Source: Alphaproteobacteria bacterium (GTDB taxonomy: Bacteria > Pseudomonadota > Alphaproteobacteria > Micavibrionales > Micavibrionaceae). From it: a stretch of 64,000 nucleotides of DNA. How positions within the stretch are numbered: the first letter of the stretch is position 1; each line of letters begins with the position of its first letter. The translations under genes and the position numbers were made by a program. The stretch covers positions 36,153-100,152 of the forward strand of contig JBKHBN010000002.1 of assembly GCA_046542355.1 (NCBI GenBank). Direction: 5' to 3'. The notes below the pieces were generated by a model. The model saw nothing but the letters and a program-made list of their open reading frames with translations. It was not told where the DNA came from and did not search any database. Shown here in pieces: positions 16,033-25,000 of the stretch.

Positions 16033-17178
16033 ATGAGCGAATCGGGTACAGACGAATTATCGCAGATGAGCGAAGAAGAAAAAGCCATGATGGAGCAGTG
16101 GGAGGCCATGGCCGAGGATGACTCTGCCGAAGACGCGCAGGCCAGTGAATCCGGTGATGCCTCTGAAACCGCTGACGCCGCCGCTGAAGGAGATGACGAG
16201 GATGATGAGAATGCTACGCGTATCCTCAATCAGGATGAGATCGATAGTCTTCTTGGTTTTGACGATGACATAGGCGGCGGCGAAACATCCGGCGTTATGG
16301 CTTTGATTAATTCGGCGATGGTGAACTACGAACGCCTGCCGATGCTCGATATTGTTTTCGACCGGCTTGTGCGTTTGATGTCAACATCCTTAAGGAATCT
16401 CACCAGTGACAATGTGGATGTTTCTTTGGATCAGGTCTCAACCGTACGCTTTGGCGATTATATGAACTCAATCCCGCTGCCCGCCATGCTCTCTGTGTTT
16501 AAGGCAGAAGAATGGGACAATAACGGCCTTATGGTCACAGACAGCGCCCTGATTTATTCCATCGTTGATGTGCTTTTGGGAGGCCGTAAGGGAGAAGCCT
16601 CAATCCGCGTAGAGGGGCGTCCCTATACGACAATCGAAAGCAAGCTCGTAGAGCGCATGGTGCATGTGGCGCTAACCGATTTATCTTCGGCTTTTGATCC
16701 GCTGTCTCCGGTAACGTTTAATCTTGATCGGATGGAAACAAACCCGCGCTTTGCGACCATCACGCAAACCGGTAACGCCTGTGTGCTGGCGCGCCTGAGA
16801 ATTGATATGGGAGAGCGCGGCGGGCGTATGGAAATCCTGATACCTTACGCAACGCTAGAGCCGATCCGCGCACTCTTGCTCCAGCAATTCATGGGGGAAA
16901 AATTCGGACGCGACTCGATTTGGGAAAACCACCTTACGCAGGAATTGTATAAAACAGACGTACAGCTTCATGCTATACTGGGAGAAGTTGCGGTTCCTCT
17001 GGGCGAAATGCTCGCATGGAAACCGGGAGATCAGCTGGTTTTTAATACAACGGCAAGCGATTATCTGGAATTATGCTGTGGAGACTTTCCCATGTTCAGG
17101 GGGCCTGTAGGACAAAGGCAGGGGCATATTGCCGTACGTATAGAGGAATATATAGAGCCTGAAGAAAGTGATGAGTAA
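16033..17178 (+). CDS. fliM: Flagellar motor switch protein FliM (with ~60-aa acidic N-terminal extension)
   Basis: A CheY-binding-type motif ILNQDEIDSLLGF, then VNYERLPMLDIVFDRLVRLMSTSLR..., with a C-terminal SpoA-like region. Confidence 0.9.
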   Translation: MSESGTDELSQMSEEEKAMMEQWEAMAEDDSAEDAQASESGDASETADAAAEGDDEDDENATRILNQDEIDSLLGFDDDIGGGETSGVMALINSAMVNYERLPMLDIVFDRLVRLMSTSLRNLTSDNVDVSLDQVSTVRFGDYMNSIPLPAMLSVFKAEEWDNNGLMVTDSALIYSIVDVLLGGRKGEASIRVEGRPYTTIESKLVERMVHVALTDLSSAFDPLSPVTFNLDRMETNPRFATITQTGNACVLARLRIDMGERGGRMEILIPYATLEPIRALLLQQFMGEKFGRDSIWENHLTQELYKTDVQLHAILGEVAVPLGEMLAWKPGDQLVFNTTASDYLELCCGDFPMFRGPVGQRQGHIAVRIEEYIEPEESDE

Positions 17179-17180
17179 TA

Positions 17181-17939
17181 ATGAGTAATGAGTTGGCAAG
17201 TTTGCTGCTTGATGTTGTGGTTTTGATTTTACTGGGGACAACAATTTATTATGTTGTCCGCCTGACAAAGGGCTTACAGGATTTTAAGAAACACAGACAG
17301 GAATTTGACAGCGTCATCGCTAATCTTTTGGCAAGCATCGACCAGGCCGATCAATCCGTACGCTCCCTTAAAACAGTAAGCGCGCAGGAAGCCGGGAGGC
17401 TCGAAGTTTCAGTAGCGCAGGCCAGAGCCTTGTGTGATGAGCTGAAAATTATCACCGAAGCCGGAGAAAGCATGGCCAAGCGCTTGGAAAAGCTCGCAGA
17501 AACCAACCGTAGAATTGCGCAAACGGCCTCTGATTCGCAATCCGTCCAAAAAAGACCATATAGATCACGAAAAAGCACCGCGCAGCCAAGTCATTATGAT
17601 CGCCAGCCTCAAAAAAGAATAAGCTCTCCTGTGTATCAGGATACGCAAAGTGAGAAGATAGAAAAAGACAATGCCTCAACCGGAAAAATAACAGGAAACT
17701 ACGGACAAACATTAAAACGTGTGGAAAAGAAATACGATAATGCTGAAAAAGACCTGCCGTCTTTTATGATCAAGGATAGGGATTCGGAGGAATTTGGTTC
17801 ACCGCAAAACTATATTGAATCTTCGCCCGCCAAAAGTCAGGAAGAAAACCACTCTTCCCAAACCCCGCGCAGTCAGGCAGAAAAAGAACTTCTCGATGCA
17901 CTCAGGAATACGCGAAAAAGCATATCTGAAAATAAATAG
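17181..17939 (+). CDS. Flagellar-locus single-pass membrane protein (DUF6468-like)
   Basis: The N-terminal TM helix plus coiled coil (LLLDVVVLILLGTTIYYVVRLTKGLQDFKKHRQEFDSVIANL...) resembles the alphaproteobacterial family found after fliM. The family assignment is from memory only. Confidence 0.45.
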   Translation: MSNELASLLLDVVVLILLGTTIYYVVRLTKGLQDFKKHRQEFDSVIANLLASIDQADQSVRSLKTVSAQEAGRLEVSVAQARALCDELKIITEAGESMAKRLEKLAETNRRIAQTASDSQSVQKRPYRSRKSTAQPSHYDRQPQKRISSPVYQDTQSEKIEKDNASTGKITGNYGQTLKRVEKKYDNAEKDLPSFMIKDRDSEEFGSPQNYIESSPAKSQEENHSSQTPRSQAEKELLDALRNTRKSISENK

Positions 17940-17972
17940 ACAAAAGTTTTGTAAAAGGTAAGAAACAAGGGA

Positions 17973-18716
17973 ATGATAAGCTACTCAAGAATATTGCCGT
18001 TATTGATTATCGTTGCGATTCTCTCTTTTTCTGTGCGTCTGACAGAGGTCATCACCGGGCTTTCCGATATTTCGGCCAGCGCCTATGCCAGAGCAGACCA
18101 GCAGGAAAAAACAGAATCTGAGCGATCACAACAAAATGGGGATAATGGCACAACCGCGCAGGAGTTTGCTCAGGCTGATATCAAGCCTTCACAGGAAACG
18201 CATACACAAAACGAAAATCAGGAAACATCAAAGGTAACGCAGGTTAACGGAAGCGAGTCCATGGCTCCTCAATGGAAAGATGCCAGCGACTCAAATCTGG
18301 ATATAACCGGCATTAAGCTGGAAATGTTCGAGGATTTATCTGAGCGCCGCGCCAGACTCGAAGAAGCCGAAAGGGCTATGCAAGTGCGCGAGGCGTTATT
18401 AAAGGCTGCGGAAAAAGAGCTTGATAGCAAAATCAACGAACTTGAGTCACTGCGCTCTGAGATAGAAGAACTGCTCGAAGAAAGAAGCGGTCAGGAAGAA
18501 GAGCGTATAGACTCACTGGTGAAAATTTATGAAGGCATGAAGCCCAAAGATGCCGCGCGCATATTTGACACGCTGGATCTGGATGTTCTTGTGCGCGTCA
18601 TGTTTAAAATGTCAGAGCGCAGAGTATCTCCTATATTGGCTGCTATGAACGCCGAACGCGCCCGGACGGTAACAATTATGCTGGCAGAGCAAAGAAGCTT
18701 GCCGCTTATCGAGTGA
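17973..18716 (+). CDS. motE: MotE-family flagellar motility protein (MgtE-N-like C-terminal domain)
   Basis: Signal or TM N-terminus, a coiled coil, then IYEGMKPKDAARIFDTLDLDVLVRVMFKMSERRVSPILAAMNAERARTVTIMLA. Confidence 0.65.
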   Translation: MISYSRILPLLIIVAILSFSVRLTEVITGLSDISASAYARADQQEKTESERSQQNGDNGTTAQEFAQADIKPSQETHTQNENQETSKVTQVNGSESMAPQWKDASDSNLDITGIKLEMFEDLSERRARLEEAERAMQVREALLKAAEKELDSKINELESLRSEIEELLEERSGQEEERIDSLVKIYEGMKPKDAARIFDTLDLDVLVRVMFKMSERRVSPILAAMNAERARTVTIMLAEQRSLPLIE

Positions 18717-19013
18717 AATTAATGCTCTAAGCCTGTTAAAGGTTGTATTTAGGGCTTTTTGTTCAAGGTGCAATGAGGTAAAATTTTTCTGCATGCTTAC
18801 GAATCATTAAGTATTTGCGAGCATAATGGCGCCTCGAACGAGGTGCTATCGTTAGGGTAAAATGTGGACAAAGCCTGTGATACAGCTTTTCTTGGGGATA
18901 GGGTATTAGAAACCCCTTTCTGCTGATTGTGTATTTGTCCTTGAACAAGATACTCTAAGCACCGGGCGGATCGAAGTAACGTCTGGATAATGAATTGAAG
19001 GAGAAGGCAAAAA

Positions 19014-19403
19014 GTGGCCGTAGACAAAAATATGAATGTTTTAATCGTTGACGATTACACAACGATGCTCAGAATTATCAAAAACCTTTTAAAACAGCTT
19101 GGTTTTGACAATGTTGATGAAGCAACAGACGGCACGATGGCGCTTGAGAAGATAAAACAAAAGCCATACGGCCTGGTGATCTCTGACTGGAATATGGAGC
19201 CTATGACCGGATATGAGTTCTTAAAAACGATTCGCGCATCTGACGAGCCGTATAAAACTGTTCCATTCATCATGGTCACAGCAGAAAGCAAGACGGAAAA
19301 TGTTATCGCAGCCAAGAAAGCCGGTGTAAACAACTATATTGTCAAACCATTTAACGCCGAAACGCTAAAAACCAAAATTTCTGCTGTTTTAGGAGATTTT
19401 TAA
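19014..19403 (+). CDS. cheY: Chemotaxis response regulator CheY
   Basis: MAVDKNMNVLIVDDYTTMLRIIKNLL...VISDWNMEPMTGYEFLKTIR...VTAESKTENVIAAKKAGVNNYIVKPF. Collinear with E. coli CheY, including the DD, D, T and K residues. GTG start. Confidence 0.9.
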   Translation: MAVDKNMNVLIVDDYTTMLRIIKNLLKQLGFDNVDEATDGTMALEKIKQKPYGLVISDWNMEPMTGYEFLKTIRASDEPYKTVPFIMVTAESKTENVIAAKKAGVNNYIVKPFNAETLKTKISAVLGDF

Positions 19404-19455
19404 AAGCAAATCATTATGTGTAAATAAAAATCGAGTCAGGAAAAGGGGAACATTT

Positions 19456-20088
19456 ATGATGTTACAAGAAGTAACAGGCGGCGGCGAGACAACAGAAAAT
19501 AAAAAAGCAAAAATTGTAAAAATTATTGCTTCCGTCATTGATAAAGTCGATCAAAACCAGCAGGTTTCTCTAAACTCGATTCTGGTTCAACTGCGTGATT
19601 TATTGCTTGTGATTGAGGAAACGCGTCATGAAATAAGCACGCTCTCGCCTCAGGAGCTAAAAGGAAAACACATCGCAACAGCAACCGATCAGCTGGACGC
19701 GATTATAGAGGCCACATCCGAGGCAACCGGAAGCATCATGGATAGCTGCGAGGTGATACAGGATAAACTGGGAGCGCTCGAGGGCGAAGAGGTAGATGTC
19801 GTTAATGTAGATGTCATTAATGAAGAGGTGATGAAAATATACGAGGCCTGCTCTTTTCAGGACATTACCGGGCAGCGCATATCAAGGGTTGTGGCTACAT
19901 TTCGTACCATCGAGGAAAAAATCGATCATCTTGTGTCGGTGCTGGGCATTAAGATCAAGGAATATGTGCCGGAAGAAGATGGGCGTGAGGGCGATGAAAG
20001 ACTTCTCAATGGCCCGCAATTACCCGCTGACGCAATTTCACAGGACGACATTGACAAGCTGCTGGCAGAATTTGACGCAGAAGATTAG
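19456..20088 (+). CDS. cheZ: CheY-P phosphatase CheZ
   Basis: The catalytic region ACSFQDITGQRISRV aligns with E. coli AQDFQDLTGQ (catalytic Gln). The C-terminal CheY-binding-like peptide is SQDDIDKLLAEFD. Confidence 0.75.
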   Translation: MMLQEVTGGGETTENKKAKIVKIIASVIDKVDQNQQVSLNSILVQLRDLLLVIEETRHEISTLSPQELKGKHIATATDQLDAIIEATSEATGSIMDSCEVIQDKLGALEGEEVDVVNVDVINEEVMKIYEACSFQDITGQRISRVVATFRTIEEKIDHLVSVLGIKIKEYVPEEDGREGDERLLNGPQLPADAISQDDIDKLLAEFDAED

Positions 20089-20124
20089 CGTATCTCTCGC
20101 CATTTACAGATGGACAAGAAGAAG

Positions 20125-20140
20125 CGGACAACTGTTTGCT
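20125..20140 (+). promoter_or_regulatory. Weak sigma54-like element upstream of the MotB-like pair
   Basis: CGGACAACTGTTTGCT has correct GG-N10-GC spacing and a perfect TTGCT -12 element, but a poor -24 element (GGACA versus GGCAC). Confidence 0.3.
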
Positions 20141-20173
20141 CTGTTACACTTTCTGTATTTCCGATATTGTGGT

Positions 20174-20185
20174 TAGATAGTGTCG
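20174..20185 (+). repeat. Copy of TAGATAGTGTCG motif (12/12) upstream of the MotB-like operon
   Basis: An exact 12-mer identical to both termini of the 4237-4510 element, 65 nt upstream of the ATG at 20250. Confidence 0.7.
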
Positions 20186-20249
20186 CAAGCGGATATAGAA
20201 AAATCTGCACAGATGCGATTATTCCCTAATAAATGCAAAGAACTGCATC

Positions 20250-21056
20250 ATGGCCAATCAGTTTTTATCGCTATCACTTTTTCTAATGTTGCTGTCTTTT
20301 TTTATTGTGCTCAACAGCATGTCGGTTTTTGAAGAAAAAAAAGCTGTTCCTGCCGTACTGAACAGTCTTAACCTTGCATTCACAGGGCGCGCCAGAACAA
20401 TCCTGCAAAGCTACGGCAACCTTGGCCCTTCGGCAATTCCAACACAGGGGCGAGGCGCTCAGGGAGAGGGCGATACGCTTGAAACACTGGAAGGTTTATT
20501 CAACGCGCATCTGGCAGGATTTCAGGCAAAGAAAAACCGTCTGGGAACCGTTATGCACGTTAATCTGCCCATAGACAGCTTTGAAAGAGTAGTGAAAATC
20601 TCATCAATTACAGCGCCGCAAGGTGGTGATGCGACCCCGCTGAACTTCTCTCAAACCATGGTGACATTGTTGCGTTCGGCACAAGCAGGCAATCCATACC
20701 GTCTGGATATTGTCTATAATCTGGAAAATGATCCCATTATTCTTATGCGAGGCGCTCCCGATGCCTTTAAAAAAGCACTCGTACGGGTCAGCGCCCTAAC
20801 CGAAATTCTGGAGAGCAAGGGGCTGCCAAAGAAGATGGTCAGCGCCGGTCTTATGAAAGGAAAAGCAGGTTACGTTGATTTATATTTCTACCGCTATAAA
20901 CCTCTGGCTGTCCCCGATGAAATAAAGAAAATGCAGGCACAGGAGGAAGAAGAAAAAAAGCAGGCAGAAGAAACGCAAGAAACGGAAGAACAAGACGCAG
21001 CGCAATCTCAAGAACAGACCCAAGAAGAACAAGCACCGCCCGGGGAAAAAGAATGA
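20250..21056 (+). CDS. MotB-N-terminus-like membrane protein lacking the conserved Asp and the OmpA domain
   Basis: The N-terminal FLSLSLFLMLLSFFIVLNSMS resembles the MotB TM/plug segment (compare the next gene, ITFTDVMALMLTFFVLLYSMS) but has no Asp. The C-terminus is an E/Q-rich low-complexity tail. Its stop overlaps the next start (ATGA). Confidence 0.4.
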   Translation: MANQFLSLSLFLMLLSFFIVLNSMSVFEEKKAVPAVLNSLNLAFTGRARTILQSYGNLGPSAIPTQGRGAQGEGDTLETLEGLFNAHLAGFQAKKNRLGTVMHVNLPIDSFERVVKISSITAPQGGDATPLNFSQTMVTLLRSAQAGNPYRLDIVYNLENDPIILMRGAPDAFKKALVRVSALTEILESKGLPKKMVSAGLMKGKAGYVDLYFYRYKPLAVPDEIKKMQAQEEEEKKQAEETQETEEQDAAQSQEQTQEEQAPPGEKE

Positions 21057-21898
21057 GCGACAAGAATCAGACAGATAACGCCGATGAGGGGGTGCACGAA
21101 GAAGAAGACCAGGAAGAACAGGAGCTTCAAAAGAAACCAGGTGCTGAGGCAGAAGATCTATCCATTATTCGCAAGAATGAAGATGATGAAAGATCTCGCG
21201 TGCCTCTATGGCTAATCACATTCACCGATGTTATGGCGCTCATGCTGACATTTTTTGTGCTTTTGTATTCCATGTCCTCACCGCAGGAAGAAAAATGGAA
21301 GGAAATGACAAGAGGGCTGACCCAAAAGCTCAATGCATTCGAAGCAGCGGAATATAACAGAGGAACGCAAGATGTTATAAGTCTCGATAAGATAGCCACA
21401 TCAGATGCGCTCAATATTGGATATGTCAAGGTACTGCTTGCGCGGCTGCTTGCTCGCACGGATCTGCAAGGGGTTATGCTGATAGAAAACCATAAAAGGC
21501 TGGTTGTTTCTCTTCCTTCTGATTTATTATTCGCAAGCGGCCAGACAGAAATAAGTTCTGAAGGGCGTCAGGCGCTTTTTGAGCTGGGAGGCATTCTGGC
21601 ACGTCTGCAAAACCGCATTGAAGTGATCGGTCACAGCGATCCAAGGCCGATAACAAATCCGGCGCAAGCAACATATAAAACAAACTGGCAACTCTCTTTG
21701 GCGCGCGCAGCGCAGGTCGCACGCATACTCAGGGATGTAGGCTATGAGCGTGATATTACAGTGCGCGGTCTCTCAAGTGCTCGCTACGACGAACTTCCAC
21801 AAAAACTATCTCAGGAAGAGCGCTACGATTTATCCCGGCGCGTTGATATCATTATCATGGGAGATAGCGGCTATCGTATGAATGCATTTGATATGTAG
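21053..21898 (+). CDS. motB: Flagellar stator protein MotB (OmpA/MotB peptidoglycan-binding domain)
   Basis: A TM segment with the conserved Asp (WLITFTDVMALMLTFFVLL), and a C-terminal OmpA-like region (IEVIGHSDPRP...NWQLSLARAAQVARIL...SRRVDIII). Confidence 0.75.
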   Translation: MSDKNQTDNADEGVHEEEDQEEQELQKKPGAEAEDLSIIRKNEDDERSRVPLWLITFTDVMALMLTFFVLLYSMSSPQEEKWKEMTRGLTQKLNAFEAAEYNRGTQDVISLDKIATSDALNIGYVKVLLARLLARTDLQGVMLIENHKRLVVSLPSDLLFASGQTEISSEGRQALFELGGILARLQNRIEVIGHSDPRPITNPAQATYKTNWQLSLARAAQVARILRDVGYERDITVRGLSSARYDELPQKLSQEERYDLSRRVDIIIMGDSGYRMNAFDM

Positions 21899-21921
21899 GC
21901 TTCCCCTCGGCGAATAGGGAT

Positions 21922-21965
21922 ATGGGATTGTTTCTATGGGATTGTTTCTATGGGATTGTTTCTAT
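21922..21965. repeat. Tandem repeat, 14-bp unit ATGGGATTGTTTCT x3.1
   Basis: Three perfect copies plus a 2-nt partial copy, starting 24 nt after the motB stop. Confidence 0.95.
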
Positions 21966-22078
21966 ATGTACAGGCCAGACATCGCGTGAAATTTATAAAT
22001 CACAATTAAAGTGCATTTCCTGTTGTGATCGGTGAGTTCACTCTGGATTGAGAATCAAAGCTATGGCATGGTAAAAAC

Positions 22079-25000
22079 ATGAAAAAATTCTTCTTTTTCG
22101 TGTCTTTATGTTTGTCTCTTACGTTATTTGCTCCTTTGTGTATGGCCCAAAATGGGATCGAGCTGCGCATAGGAATGCATAGCGAATATGCACGTCTTGT
22201 TTTTGGCTGGCCGGAAAAAACAACTTACACCATAAAGGAACAAGCTGGTACGCTGACAATTGAATTTGCAGATGGCGGCACACTGGATACATCACAGGCT
22301 GACTTGCAGGCCTTGCCAGAGATTACAGATATAGAAGAAATCTCTCAAGATCCGCTGCGCGTAACCTTTCGCATCCCCCAAGGCAGCAGGCTAAGGGATT
22401 TTTCAATCGGAAAGCGTGTTGTTGTGGATGTGTACCTCCCGCAAGATGTTCTAAGGCAAAAGAAAGCTGCTACGCCTCCACAGGAAGAGGTAAGCGATGC
22501 GCCCGAGCCGCGTAAAAAACCGGCTCAGCTTCAGGCTCAAAATAAGGTGGAGCAAAACCCTGTGCCCCTTAATTCCAGTATGACACAAAAAGAACAGCCC
22601 GCTACGAAGGAACAGCCCGAAGAAAAAAAAGCAGAAGAAATAATAACAGAGCCGCTGCCAAAGCCGAAGATAGCACTGGTTACCGAAAGACTTGAGCAAG
22701 CCAGAAAAAGGAAGGATGAACGCTGGGCACAAAGTGCAAACGAAACACAGACAAACCAGCAGGCAGACTCAAAACAGGAACAAGCGCCGCAATATCCTCC
22801 CGAAGTTGCGCGCGCTATTGAAGATAAACATCATGTTGTTTCCTTCAGGGGCACGCAGGAATTATCTCTGGCAGCCTATATAGAAGGAGGCGTGCTCTGG
22901 ATAGCCGTCTTGGGAGCCAATGATATTAACTTCCCATCCCTCCTCAGCCCCACCCCTGAAATTTTTTCTAAAATAGAGCGTTTTTATGATGGTGATGGCT
23001 TTGACCTCTATCGAGTGAGGTTGCCAGATCAAGAGCACGGCAGCTTTTATACAAAAGCGATCGGCGGTGCTCTGGCGTGGGACATCATCATGGGAGATAA
23101 GGTGCGCGAAACAAAACCAGTCGAACCGCGTCGGGAAATAAGCACAACCAAAGGCGCGCGCGGCGGCAAGGTTATCTGGCCATTGGAACTGCTCTCAGAT
23201 ATTGTTGAGTTTCCTGACCCGGTTTATGGTCGTAAACTCTTCATTGTAACGGTCAAAAACGCAAACCAGCTCAGCGGTGCAGCGCGGCACTTTGTTGATT
23301 TTGACGTTCTTCATTCGCCCGTCGGCATGGTCATTCGCCCGAAAGTCGATGATCTTCAGGTTCGCATCATAGAAGAGGGCGTTGAAATTTCAAGGCCGGG
23401 CGCAGGGCTAAGCGTTGGTTTGCCCAAGGATATAGAAGCCATCGAGTTATATGAGAAAAATAAAAAAGAACGCATTAAAGCAAAGGCATGGCTTACGGCC
23501 AAAGAAAGTATATTTTTCCAGTTCGATGAATGGAAACTGGGCAGCGGAGAGGCTTTGCCGCGTTATGAGATGGTTCTGCTCTCGGCAATGCACGGCCACC
23601 AGCAAGACATATTCGTTCAGGAATTGCTCAAGCTGGGAAAAATGTTTCTCGCGCATGGGCGCGCTGCGGAAGCTCTGGGATATTTTGAGTATGCGCGTTC
23701 TGTTTTTCCGGCATTGGGAGCCGGCACTGAATTTCGGCTCTTGCGCGGCGCTGCCAAGGTGCTTGACTGGAAAAACGAAGAGGCTTTAGCCGATTTCGCA
23801 CATCAGGAGCTTGAGGAAAATGAGGAAGTAAAATTATGGCGGGCTTTTGTTCTGGCAGGGCTTGAAGATTGGCAGCAGGCCGCATCTTACCTGCCGGAAG
23901 ATTACACGCCGATCTATGTATATCCTGATAAGATAGGGCTGTATCTGGCGCTGGTTCTGGTTGAAATTAATTTACGTGATGGAGATGTTGAACAGGCCGA
24001 TGAGCTGATACGCTATATCGATACAAAACAGGAAAAATTAAAAGCGCCGCAAAGGGCAGCGCTGCAATACCTGAAAGGAGAAGCCGCGCGCCAACGCGGA
24101 GAAATAGAAGAGGCCAAAAATCTATGGCAGGGCTTGACGCGTGATAAAGATGATCTCTACCGCACAAAAGCGGGACTTGCTCTGACAATGCTCTTGCGTC
24201 AGCAAAACGAGATATCCAATAAGGAGGCCATAGACCGCCTCGAGCGCCTGCGCTATGCATGGCGCGGTGATGGTCTTGAGGCGCAGGTAAATTATGAACT
24301 GGGCAATGCGTACTTTAAAGATAAAAAATTTGTTAAAGGGCTAAGCATTATGCGCGAAGCGGCGACCACCGCAAAAAACATGGAAGCTCTGGCCGAGCGC
24401 ATCGCAGGCAACATGGCGCGCACCTATACGGATATGTTTATGACAAACGAACTGGATAATGTATCTGCGCTTGATGCCGTAGCTGTCTATGACCAGTTTA
24501 AGGAGTTAACGCCTGTGGGCAAGGAAGGCGACAAACTGGTTCAGCGTCTGGCCGAGCATCTGGTGAAATCTGATCTTCTCGGCAAAGCTGGAAAATTGCT
24601 GCGCTATCAGGTAGATCACCGTCTCAGAGGCAAGGAAAGACTGGAAATAGCGATTCGTCTGGCGGCGATATCACTATTGGACAAGGCGCCACAAAAAGCA
24701 TTGGATGCTTTAGGCAAAGCCGGTGAAGCTTTAAGGCACATATCCGATAAAGAAGAAATAAAACAGCGCCAGCGGGAAATTGATCTTTTGAAAATTCGTG
24801 CCTATTCGCAAAACGGAGAATACAACAAGGCTCTGTCATTAATTGAAAAACTCCCGATGGATAAAATTGTAAACAGGCTGCGCGCCGATATCGCTTGGAA
24901 GGTAGGCTATTGGGATGTGGCGGCTGCTGCGCTTAAAGAGGTTTTAATCGATGAGGACATCCGGCAAGGTGATATGCTCACTCCCCAGCAGGTTGATCTA

